Shown: positions 9,410 through 17,461 of the stretch, piece by piece | Position numbering within the stretch: the stretch's first letter is position 1 | How the letters are laid out: each line of letters opens with the position of its first letter | IMG/VR virus record: IMGVR_UViG_3300030376_000593 | Span: 1 to 31,818 of that record | Direction: 5' to 3' (one strand) | Length of the DNA: 31,818 nt | Source of the DNA: a virus | Taxonomy: Duplodnaviria; Caudoviricetes | Program-made: the position numbers and the translations under genes | The notes under the pieces: generated by a model | The model's input: the letters and a program-made list of their open reading frames with translations, nothing else | The model's database searches: none | Told to the model about the DNA's origin: nothing

Positions 9410-9418
9410 TTATATAAT
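9410..9418 (-). promoter_or_regulatory. ATTATATAA motif, putative late promoter
   Basis: 5 nt before ATG 9404; overlaps the hydroxylase stop codon. Confidence 0.5.
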
Positions 9419-10024
9419 ACTTAATTGATTACTTTTTAATTTTTTCTCATATTCCTTCTGATCTTCTCCACATTTCCAAATATTCTCTCTCCACCATGAT
9501 GTTATAATGTATTTTGTACCCTCTGTTACTTCTTCACCACTATGTCTCATGTAATCATTAGGATGGCCATTTTGTAAATTATTCCAAACTACTGCTTTAC
9601 AGGCTTTTGGCTTAATTTCTTTGTTAAGATGTGGAAAATTTGTAGTACCTCCATCAAAACTGTCATTTAGATAAAGCATAAATGTGTAAGTTCTATTGCC
9701 TGATGATAGACAGTTCTTATCATACTGCTCTCCACTAAAATAATCAACATGTCCATTAAAATATTGGCCTTTTTCATACCTCTGACCTTGTAATGATTCA
9801 CCTTTTCTCAAATTAACACCTAAGTATTTTGCAATTTTCTGATGTAATGATGAAACTGTAGGATCATCTGCTATAAGATTAGAAGTGTATGATGTTCTTT
9901 GATTACTATACTGATTCATATCATTTCCAGTACCAACAACCATAGATTTAGATGCAAATCTATCTATCATTCTCATTAGATACTTTGATTCTTCTATTGA
10001 TATAAAACTTTCTACCTCTTTCAT
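9410..10024 (-). CDS. Prolyl 4-hydroxylase-like 2OG-Fe(II) oxygenase (about 204 aa)
   Basis: RTS, ESLQ.QRY..GQYF..HVDYF, NRT.TFM.YLND...GG.T.FP and HSG..V..G.KY..T.W motifs: HxD...H iron triad plus a 2OG-binding Lys. The likely start is ATG 10024 in a TAATG overlap, rather than 10078. Confidence 0.85.
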   Translation of the reverse strand: MKEVESFISIEESKYLMRMIDRFASKSMVVGTGNDMNQYSNQRTSYTSNLIADDPTVSSLHQKIAKYLGVNLRKGESLQGQRYEKGQYFNGHVDYFSGEQYDKNCLSSGNRTYTFMLYLNDSFDGGTTNFPHLNKEIKPKACKAVVWNNLQNGHPNDYMRHSGEEVTEGTKYIITSWWRENIWKCGEDQKEYEKKLKSNQLSII

Positions 10025-13000
10025 TATGGACAGTTTGCTGTAAATGGGCCTGTTAATGTTTGTGCTGTTGCATTCCAAAAGTAATAATTAGCAGTAGGCT
10101 GATCTGCTATATATTGATCTGTTCCAAGTAGTGTACCACAACTATCATCTGTATAAACTTTTGATGCAGCTTGTAATGTTGATGCATTTAGATACATTGT
10201 CCTTGTGTTTGTTTCTAAACAAAGATTAAAGGCTACAGAATTTTTGTATAAATTCAATGTCCAACAAGTTTGTGCAGGAGGTGTAGGTGCAGGAGGTGGT
10301 ACTGGTGTATTTGATTGACAATCTAAACAGTTTGCACCTGCTGTGTTTTCTATTGTAAATAAGTTATAGTTTTGACTATTTAATTCAGCAGGATTTGTTC
10401 CCTGAGTATTATCAAGCCATCTATAACATTGATATTGACCTACATTTGAAATAACCCACCATGTTGATATTGGACTATAACTATATACATTTATAATTAA
10501 CCCTGCTGGATCATCACAAGTAATAAATCTAGCATAATATGTTGAAGCAGGTGGCCCAACTGGTGTTGGTGGCACACTAATACAATTAGTTCCACCTGTA
10601 TCTACAACTACACCTATTTGAGTTCCTGTTCCTATTAAAGCTGTACCTGAAACTTGATATGTTGTACCTGATGCAGAACCTAAACCTACTACATCATTTG
10701 TACTTAATGCTATATCATTTGTTGTTTGTAGTGATAAGAATCCAGTTACACTATCAGAACATCTTTGTAAAGAATAGTATAGTGTTGAACCTGAGATAGT
10801 TGGACACCCAGTTTGGCCTGTATCTGTTACAGTTCCTACATCTGCTAATCCTCCTCCTACTGTTCCTGTAACTGTATAAGGCATACCATTAGGATCTTGC
10901 ACCCTATCTCCATTTGATAATGTAATATCAGTAGTTGTATTGCCTGTTCTATATCCTGTTTGATTTGTATAACATTGAGTTAGAGTATAATACTCAGGAC
11001 ATGTTGTGTCTGAAGTTGTAAAAACTGTTCCTACTGTTGTTCCTGCTGTTGTATTTCCTAATACTTTATATCTTGGCCCACTTGATGATCCACTTGCAAC
11101 TATGTCATTAACTGATAAGGTGATCTGATCTACAGTTTGTGCAGAGATATAATTCTGATTATTTGTAGAACATTGTTGTAGATGATAATATTGAGTTGTT
11201 GTACAAGGTGTATTAGGACAATCATTTACACCAAGACTTGTAACAGCACCAATAGCTGTTGGATATGTAGTAGTATCTTGTGTTGTTCCATTAGCTGTAT
11301 AACATTTACCTGTACTTGTGTCTTGAACTCTTGATGCACTAGCTAATGTGCTACTTACATTTAATGTTATATCTGTTGTTGTGGTAGATGTTCTAGTAAG
11401 AGCAGCAGTAGCACAATCTCTTAATAGATAATAAGTTGGTGAAGGATTTGAACAAGAACAAGAACTTAAACCTGCTAAATTAACTGTACCAGTTGTATTG
11501 GTAGTATTCTGAACAGAATAACAAGTTCCACTATAAGTTAATTGAGTATTGTTTAGATTACTACATGCACTTTGTGCATAATGCTGATGTGATCCATCTG
11601 AACAACTGTTTAATGTATAGTAATATGTAGAACAAGAACCTGCTGATAAGCTGTCAATATTAATAGTACCACTTGTATTACTAGATGCAAGTGTATAGCT
11701 CTGATTATTATAAACCCTAACTCCTGATAAACTGTTGCTATTACTAAACCCATATAATACTGTACCACTACAACATGGTGTTAATGAATAGTAATTAGTT
11801 GTTGTATTACCTGAACAGGTTAATTGAACAGGACTAGGTGTTGATGCTATTGTAACACTAGGTACTGTATCTAGTGCTGATGCATTTCTAACTATATATT
11901 TTACACTACCTGAATCTAGAACTTGTTGAGTTATTGCATATGTTGGACTACCTACAGCAGTAGATGTCCTGTAGTTTGTGGTATTATCACTACACTTTTC
12001 TAAACCATAGTAATTTGTTGGTGGTGGTGGTGGAGTTCCTGCACAACCAGTCAGGTTCATAGATGTTACAGTTTTTGCAGTATGTGTGTTTGGAACATTG
12101 TTACCTGTTACTCTATATGTGTCTCCTCCTGAATCTTGTACTCTAGTGTTGTTAGCTAAATTCAAATCTGCTATTGTAGTTGATGTTTCAAAAGTACTAT
12201 TAGGAGAATCACATTGATATAATGTCAAAACATTTGTAGTAGGTGTTCCACCTGTCTGCCCTTCTGATCCTCCTGTATCATCTTGTGTTATTACTGAATC
12301 ATTAACTGTCTCATTTAATAACTCTAATTGGCTTTTACCTGATAATAGATCTGTAGTTATGCTGTTTATTTTATACTTATCTTGATTTATGATTATAGTA
12401 TCTGCTAATGTATAATTCAACATGAACTTTTTAGGTAACCTTGCAGATATGTTTGTAAGCCTTTTAGCTGAATTGAATACCCCTGAGATGTAAGATCTGT
12501 GATATTTATTGAATAAGGTTTCTGTAAATGCAGCAGTAAAATCCCATTCAGATAATTCTAGATCAAAATGTATACTTTCTTTACTTACTGTGGAATCTCT
12601 TTCTGCTGTATTAGAAGGCATCCAATATTCTGTAACATCTGAGATTTCTCCAACTGTTGTTGTTCCATTTAAAAACCTAAAAGAACTACTTGATTCTAAT
12701 GTTACAAAATCACCAATAAATACAACTGGATTTTTATAAAATGGTTCATTCTTTTCATTGGCCATAAACCCCCATTGTATATCTGTGCCTATACTGTTTA
12801 TTCTTTCATATTTTAAGTGTGCAAAAGGTGTTTCAATATTAAAGGTGTTATTATTACTATTCAGATCTCCTGTTTCTACATACTTAGCAGCTCCCCATTC
12901 TACTCCATTTGTTTCAAAATGCTGCTTAGCTAATGTTGTTTCTGTTCCTTTATACTTAAATTCTATCTCTCTATATGGTAGAGCTTTGTTTATTTGTGCT

Positions 13001-14409
13001 GTTTGTGGATCAACATACTCTGTAATATCTCTTAATGTACCCCCACTATAAAAACTATCTAATGTTTTGATATGAATAATCCCATCTTGCTCATAAGCTG
13101 TTAGATTATACATTGAAAATAAACCAGTTAGAAAATCTAAGACCTTTATATTAGGTAAATGTTGTTGGATAACAAACTCTTTCTCTACTGATACTGCTAT
13201 TGTTGTACTTATTTGTGGACTTATAGTATTTCCATTTGGTGTTGTACCATCAAATGTTACACTATCAATATCAAATGCTGAAGATGATTCTACTGTTAAG
13301 GTGTAACCTTGACTTGTATTTGTTAGATGATATGATAGTATAGCAGTAGTATTTGTTCCTCCTGTAAACTCTTTCCTTAATACTTCTTCTGATCCCTCTC
13401 TTAATACTGCTGTAAATGTTGGATAACCATTTAGTGTTCCTAATGTCCATACTCCATATACAGATTGACTAGGATTTAGATTGAATATTCTAACTGCTGA
13501 ATCATTTACTACTATGTTGTTATTTGCTTGTGTTGGAAAGCCACTTATTAATTTCTCACCTATTAGCATATCTTCAAAAGGCCTTCCTTCTTTCTTTTGA
13601 CATAACATGTATAGTTTCTTATAAGTATCAGGCCCATTTGTTAAGTCTAGAAAATCATCACTAAATGAAAGCTCATCATATTGTTCCTCTATTGCTTTTA
13701 CTATTAATTGAATTTGAATTGCATAAGTCAAATCTTCATATAACACACCATGTATATCATCAGTTGTTGTTGATCCTGAACCATTATCTGTTGGATATAA
13801 GTTTCCTCCTAAGTCTGAATTAACAGTACCATCTGAATTTGTATAAGGTATTCTGTTAGTTGAATTGTAATATAATCTTTGTGTGTTTGATATTAAAGGA
13901 ACTATTAGAGCTTTACTATAAGCTACTGAATCTACTGTTTTTGAGAAACCAGTTGCAGAAGTCATTACTGTGTTTATTTCATTTGCAGAATAAACAGTAT
14001 TAAAATTAGATAACCATGTCAATCCACTTATCTGATCATCTTCTAATACATCTTTTAGATTAACTGTATTCCCAAAGAAGGTTACTCTATATCCTTTTGG
14101 TTTTCCATTCTCTAGGTCTACCCCCTCTAATCTGATCTTACCATCTTTATAAGGAACTGTGTTTAGTTCTATTCTAGCATTGACCTTCTTTCTTGCATCA
14201 AATGTATAACCTTGTGCTAAATTGAATCTGTAATAGTGTTTAAATATCTTATTGTTTAGATCACTTGCAGGAAGTGTAAATGGTTTAGTAAAATCTGTGA
14301 ATACCTTTGAGACATCTCTAACATCTTGGATAGTCTCTGTTAAACTAACAGCTTCATCTTTAAATAACTCTACTCTTTGCCCTTCTATGTATAGCTGAAA
14401 TTTGCTCAT
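10024..14409 (-). CDS. Tail hub/tip protein with large Cys/Thr-rich repeat C-terminus (1461 aa)
   Basis: N-terminal QLYIEGQRVELFKDE...FT.FT..FTLPAS..NNKIFKHYY resembles siphovirus hub proteins; the C-terminal half holds about nine YYxLxxC repeats and Pro-rich linkers. Confidence 0.75.
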   Translation of the reverse strand: MSKFQLYIEGQRVELFKDEAVSLTETIQDVRDVSKVFTDFTKPFTLPASDLNNKIFKHYYRFNLAQGYTFDARKKVNARIELNTVPYKDGKIRLEGVDLENGKPKGYRVTFFGNTVNLKDVLEDDQISGLTWLSNFNTVYSANEINTVMTSATGFSKTVDSVAYSKALIVPLISNTQRLYYNSTNRIPYTNSDGTVNSDLGGNLYPTDNGSGSTTTDDIHGVLYEDLTYAIQIQLIVKAIEEQYDELSFSDDFLDLTNGPDTYKKLYMLCQKKEGRPFEDMLIGEKLISGFPTQANNNIVVNDSAVRIFNLNPSQSVYGVWTLGTLNGYPTFTAVLREGSEEVLRKEFTGGTNTTAILSYHLTNTSQGYTLTVESSSAFDIDSVTFDGTTPNGNTISPQISTTIAVSVEKEFVIQQHLPNIKVLDFLTGLFSMYNLTAYEQDGIIHIKTLDSFYSGGTLRDITEYVDPQTAQINKALPYREIEFKYKGTETTLAKQHFETNGVEWGAAKYVETGDLNSNNNTFNIETPFAHLKYERINSIGTDIQWGFMANEKNEPFYKNPVVFIGDFVTLESSSSFRFLNGTTTVGEISDVTEYWMPSNTAERDSTVSKESIHFDLELSEWDFTAAFTETLFNKYHRSYISGVFNSAKRLTNISARLPKKFMLNYTLADTIIINQDKYKINSITTDLLSGKSQLELLNETVNDSVITQDDTGGSEGQTGGTPTTNVLTLYQCDSPNSTFETSTTIADLNLANNTRVQDSGGDTYRVTGNNVPNTHTAKTVTSMNLTGCAGTPPPPPTNYYGLEKCSDNTTNYRTSTAVGSPTYAITQQVLDSGSVKYIVRNASALDTVPSVTIASTPSPVQLTCSGNTTTNYYSLTPCCSGTVLYGFSNSNSLSGVRVYNNQSYTLASSNTSGTINIDSLSAGSCSTYYYTLNSCSDGSHQHYAQSACSNLNNTQLTYSGTCYSVQNTTNTTGTVNLAGLSSCSCSNPSPTYYLLRDCATAALTRTSTTTTDITLNVSSTLASASRVQDTSTGKCYTANGTTQDTTTYPTAIGAVTSLGVNDCPNTPCTTTQYYHLQQCSTNNQNYISAQTVDQITLSVNDIVASGSSSGPRYKVLGNTTAGTTVGTVFTTSDTTCPEYYTLTQCYTNQTGYRTGNTTTDITLSNGDRVQDPNGMPYTVTGTVGGGLADVGTVTDTGQTGCPTISGSTLYYSLQRCSDSVTGFLSLQTTNDIALSTNDVVGLGSASGTTYQVSGTALIGTGTQIGVVVDTGGTNCISVPPTPVGPPASTYYARFITCDDPAGLIINVYSYSPISTWWVISNVGQYQCYRWLDNTQGTNPAELNSQNYNLFTIENTAGANCLDCQSNTPVPPPAPTPPAQTCWTLNLYKNSVAFNLCLETNTRTMYLNASTLQAASKVYTDDSCGTLLGTDQYIADQPTANYYFWNATAQTLTGPFTANCP

Positions 14410-15413
14410 TATCTAACACTATTAATCACATCAAAACCATATTCAAACTGAAGTTGATAATTTATTAGCTTATCATTTACCTTTGTTTTTTTAGTAAGTG
14501 AATTTGTTTTGACATTTACTGGATAAACAGTTGTTCCTATTTTTGCCCATACTTGTTCTGATAACATCAGTTGCTTAATAGTTTCAAATTGATTCTGATC
14601 TACATATCCTGTGTTAAGTGTTATAGTTTCTGAACCCTGTTTGTTGTATGTGTATTTTTGATGTGGCAGGTTTCCTGAAAGATAATCTAATTGAGATCCC
14701 ATTAACATAGATTCATAATTCTGTTCTGTAGTTCCTAGTGTTAGTGTATTCTTTTTATTAAAATGAAATTCTTGTAATGCTCCAAACTTATTCATAAAGA
14801 TTACCTTTACAATATCAAAAACTGGTTCACAGATTCTCTCTATTGCTATTGTAATTCCACCTACACTTACACTTGTATCTGATGGAGCTACTGTGTGATA
14901 TGCTACACCATAAGTACTAGCAGATGTTTCCTCATATGGAATATATGCATCTCCTGTTTCAGGTAGATACATTGTAGTTGCAGACTGTAATAATTGGCCA
15001 TTTGATAATTGATGATTATAGCCTTCTAGATATTCTGAGTATGCATCAAATCCATATAGATCATGATTAACTGTTTGACCTCCTATTGGTGTATCAGGAT
15101 TTCCTGCTAATGTATTTGCAGCTCTTGTAGCTTTATTGTTCACATAGAACTCTACTTTAATTTCTGCATGGACTGTTTGACTTGTCTTGACTGCTGTTGA
15201 ATATGGAAATACACCATCCCAAACAGGATCTAGGTAATCTCTAATAAGCTCTGCAACCTCTATTGTTACTTTCTTACTAATAGTATCTTTTGATATTACA
15301 TATACATCAGTAGATGCTATTGTAATTGTTAGGTCTGCTGATCCTACAGTTGTTGCTGTTGAAGTTTCTTCAATGAAAAAAGGTGATCTAAGTCTTGCTA
15401 GGTAATTGGCCAT
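14409..15413 (-). CDS. Putative distal tail/baseplate protein
   Basis: RSPFF start, F.NKFG..Q, LNTGYV, LMLSEQVW and LINY...F C-terminal motifs; coupled to the hub gene. Confidence 0.6.
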   Translation of the reverse strand: MANYLARLRSPFFIEETSTATTVGSADLTITIASTDVYVISKDTISKKVTIEVAELIRDYLDPVWDGVFPYSTAVKTSQTVHAEIKVEFYVNNKATRAANTLAGNPDTPIGGQTVNHDLYGFDAYSEYLEGYNHQLSNGQLLQSATTMYLPETGDAYIPYEETSASTYGVAYHTVAPSDTSVSVGGITIAIERICEPVFDIVKVIFMNKFGALQEFHFNKKNTLTLGTTEQNYESMLMGSQLDYLSGNLPHQKYTYNKQGSETITLNTGYVDQNQFETIKQLMLSEQVWAKIGTTVYPVNVKTNSLTKKTKVNDKLINYQLQFEYGFDVINSVR

Positions 15414-15414
15414 G

Positions 15415-15954
15415 TTATTTTGTTAATGTGTGATGTAAAAATGTGTCTATGTCTAATTCATATTTATCTATAAATTCTTTTGGTAGCTTTTTATATGCTT
15501 TAGCAAATGCACTTGCAAAGAAGTAAGTTGGTTCTAGACCTTTCATAAATATAGATCTTGCTATTAAAAATGATATTGAGTTCTTAAACCCAACTGTTTT
15601 AATAGACCTTCCTTTAAACCTACCTTTATCTCTTGGTGCTAATCCTTTTTTAACTATCCATTTATCTAGAGATTTAGGAGGAGGCATTTTAGTTGTGTAT
15701 TTATAAGTTTGTAAGTCAAACTTTCTTTTACCATACTTCTTCTTCTTTCCATCAACACCTGCATCTACATATTTCCCATAATCCTCCATTTCAAAGTTGA
15801 TTTCAAGAGAGTTCTTACTAACTTTAGTATCTGATTTTATAGATTTCTTTAATTTACCTGATGTCTTTTTAATTTTGGATAGGTTCTTTTTTGCCTCTTT
15901 AACAACACCCCTAGCAAACTCCTCTAATACTTTTACTGTTTCTTTATATTCCAT
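15415..15954 (-). CDS. Neck/tail-completion protein (HK97 gp10-like)
   Basis: Basic protein with SGKLKKSI, YG.YVD.GV.G, MPP...L.KWI and IARSI..KG..PT.FF motifs; likely start at 15954 (TAATG overlap). Confidence 0.65.
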   Translation of the reverse strand: MEYKETVKVLEEFARGVVKEAKKNLSKIKKTSGKLKKSIKSDTKVSKNSLEINFEMEDYGKYVDAGVDGKKKKYGKRKFDLQTYKYTTKMPPPKSLDKWIVKKGLAPRDKGRFKGRSIKTVGFKNSISFLIARSIFMKGLEPTYFFASAFAKAYKKLPKEFIDKYELDIDTFLHHTLTK

Positions 15955-16427
15955 TAGCAATAGTCAAAATCATTAAATACTTCAAGTGTAAATGTTGTAG
16001 CCCATCCTGCTAACACATTCTCAAATCTATCAAAGAAAGGTTCACAACTTGCATCACCCACAAGCTGATAACCATCAGCATACATCTGTCCTTTTCTAAG
16101 TTTTGTAATCAAACTATTTGACACAGTTAATTGAGTATTAAGGATGTCATGAGTGTTACTGTTTCCTAAAAAAAGATCATTAACATATGTCTTGGTGGTA
16201 TCAACTTGCTCCATTGTTAATATTGTAAATGTAAACTGCATGGTTTTTTCAACATGTGATACACTATCTATTATCATATGGGCCAATGGGAAGATGGTTT
16301 GTTTCTGTAAGTCTATATCTGTTATGTCTCCAAATGTTACAGATTTTATACTTGCATTATTCATAAGCTCCTCCTTAATAGCTTCAACTACTAAATAGAA
16401 CCCTCTTTGTATTTTACTTGTTGCCAT
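15954..16427 (-). CDS. Putative tail terminator protein
   Basis: 157 aa acidic alpha/beta protein, VT.GDI...DL.KQ.IFPLAH and CEPF.DRFEN.LAGW motifs. Confidence 0.55.
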   Translation of the reverse strand: MATSKIQRGFYLVVEAIKEELMNNASIKSVTFGDITDIDLQKQTIFPLAHMIIDSVSHVEKTMQFTFTILTMEQVDTTKTYVNDLFLGNSNTHDILNTQLTVSNSLITKLRKGQMYADGYQLVGDASCEPFFDRFENVLAGWATTFTLEVFNDFDYC

Positions 16428-16687
16428 ATCTTCTTTTTATTCTTTGATTTTCTAATGTTGTTTTGTCTGTTTCAAATTCTAAATACATCATTACTTTATG
16501 AAGCCTAAGTTTTGAGATATTTTCAAATCTTGTAACATCCCCTTGAGCTGCTTTGTAAAATGATGTATACCAACCCCATTTTTTATTAAACCCTCCTTCA
16601 GAGGTGTATGTTCCTTCAGAACTCCCTTCTGTAAATAATCCATCATAGTTATTGACAACTCTTTTCCTAAATTCAATAAAAAAAAAA
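16414..16687 (-). CDS. Putative -1 frameshift extension of the tail assembly chaperone (gpGT-like, fusion about 248 aa)
   Basis: GTT TTT TTT TTA at 16688-16677; the -1 frame is open for 88 codons (FIEFRKRVV...KKWGWYTSFYKAAQGDVTRFENI...RYGNK) to a stop at 16416-16414, filling the gap to the next gene. Confidence 0.7.
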
Positions 16688-17159
16688 CAGCACCAAGTGC
16701 ATATGATAATGGCATCTCTTTCATTGTGTCATCTGCAATAGCATTGTATTCTTTTATTCTGTATTTCCCTCTTACACTTATATCAATAGGCCTGTATAGA
16801 ACCTGCATAGCTTTGTGCATTTCATCCCAGTCTGATAGGTAAGTATCTAGATCTACAAATTCTCCAAATGATATTTCATCTAAGTTTGGTATAAACCCAT
16901 ATATAGTTCCATTCATTGTGAACTGTTTTTCTAGTTTCTGATCTTGCTCAAACATAGAGACTAAATCCTGTGTTATTTCTTGAACATCTTTCCATCTCAT
17001 TTTCATAACATAATCTAGCTTAGTTCCACAAAAGATCTCTATCATTTTCTGAGCTATGAATATCTCATCCTCAGTTCCCTTCTCCATTTTCAAGTATTTC
17101 TGATATTGCCCTAGAGTTACCTCTCTAAGGTTTTCAGGTATATTTACTGCTATCTCCAT
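16491..17159 (-). CDS. Tail assembly chaperone (gpG-like), zero-frame product
   Basis: IP..L.E.TL.QYQ, YGFIPNLD.I.FGE.VDLD and AM.VLYRPI motifs; contains a T10 slippery run. Confidence 0.7.
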   Translation of the reverse strand: MEIAVNIPENLREVTLGQYQKYLKMEKGTEDEIFIAQKMIEIFCGTKLDYVMKMRWKDVQEITQDLVSMFEQDQKLEKQFTMNGTIYGFIPNLDEISFGEFVDLDTYLSDWDEMHKAMQVLYRPIDISVRGKYRIKEYNAIADDTMKEMPLSYALGAVFFLLNLGKELSITMMDYLQKGVLKEHTPLKEGLIKNGVGIHHFTKQLKGMLQDLKISQNLGFIK

Positions 17160-17161
17160 AT

Positions 17162-17170
17162 TTATATAAT
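17162..17170 (-). promoter_or_regulatory. ATTATATAA motif, putative late promoter
   Basis: 2 nt before the chaperone ATG 17159, at the head of the tail operon. Confidence 0.6.
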
Positions 17171-17209
17171 ACTTTATTATAAAAGTTTTAAAAAAAAGTT
17201 TTCAAGATG

Positions 17210-17241
17210 TTTGGTGGATATATAATAATGTATTATATTTA
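17210..17241 (+). promoter_or_regulatory. Bacteroidota-type housekeeping promoter (TTTG-N20-TATATTTA)
   Basis: One mismatch to the -33/-7 consensus TTTG-N19-21-TAnnTTTG; shares TTTGGTGG with the 26965-26995 promoter; 8 nt upstream of the plus-strand ATG. Confidence 0.6.
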
Positions 17242-17249
17242 TACTAATT

Positions 17250-17381
17250 ATGAAAGATTTAATAAAAGAATTAAAAGAACTAGAACAATATTTTAACCTA
17301 CCTTTATGGTTAATAACAATATTACTTTGGATCTCAGCTATTGGATTAGTCACCTTAATGGCCCTTGTAGATTCAATTTAG
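17250..17381 (+). CDS. Small single-pass membrane protein (43 aa), only credible plus-strand gene
   Basis: MKDLIKELKELEQYFNLPLWLITILLWISAIGLVTLMALVDSI; lies in an otherwise empty gap with its own promoter and terminator. Confidence 0.75.
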   Translation: MKDLIKELKELEQYFNLPLWLITILLWISAIGLVTLMALVDSI

Positions 17382-17427
17382 TGCTTGTTCATGTTGATTA
17401 GTTTATTATGGCACATATTATGTGTAC

Positions 17428-17461
17428 AGAGGTGGAGGTTCTAGGATCTCCCCTCTTTTTT
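17428..17461 (+). terminator. Rho-independent terminator for the plus-strand micro-gene
   Basis: AGAGG-U-GGAGGUU-CUAG-GAUCUCC-CCUCU followed by a U run; G-U pairs favour the plus strand. Confidence 0.75.

Noticed and set aside
10025-10078. N-terminal extension of the hydroxylase from ATG 10078
   Set aside because: It overlaps the hub gene by 55 nt; the TAATG-coupled start at 10024 fits the genome's pattern better.
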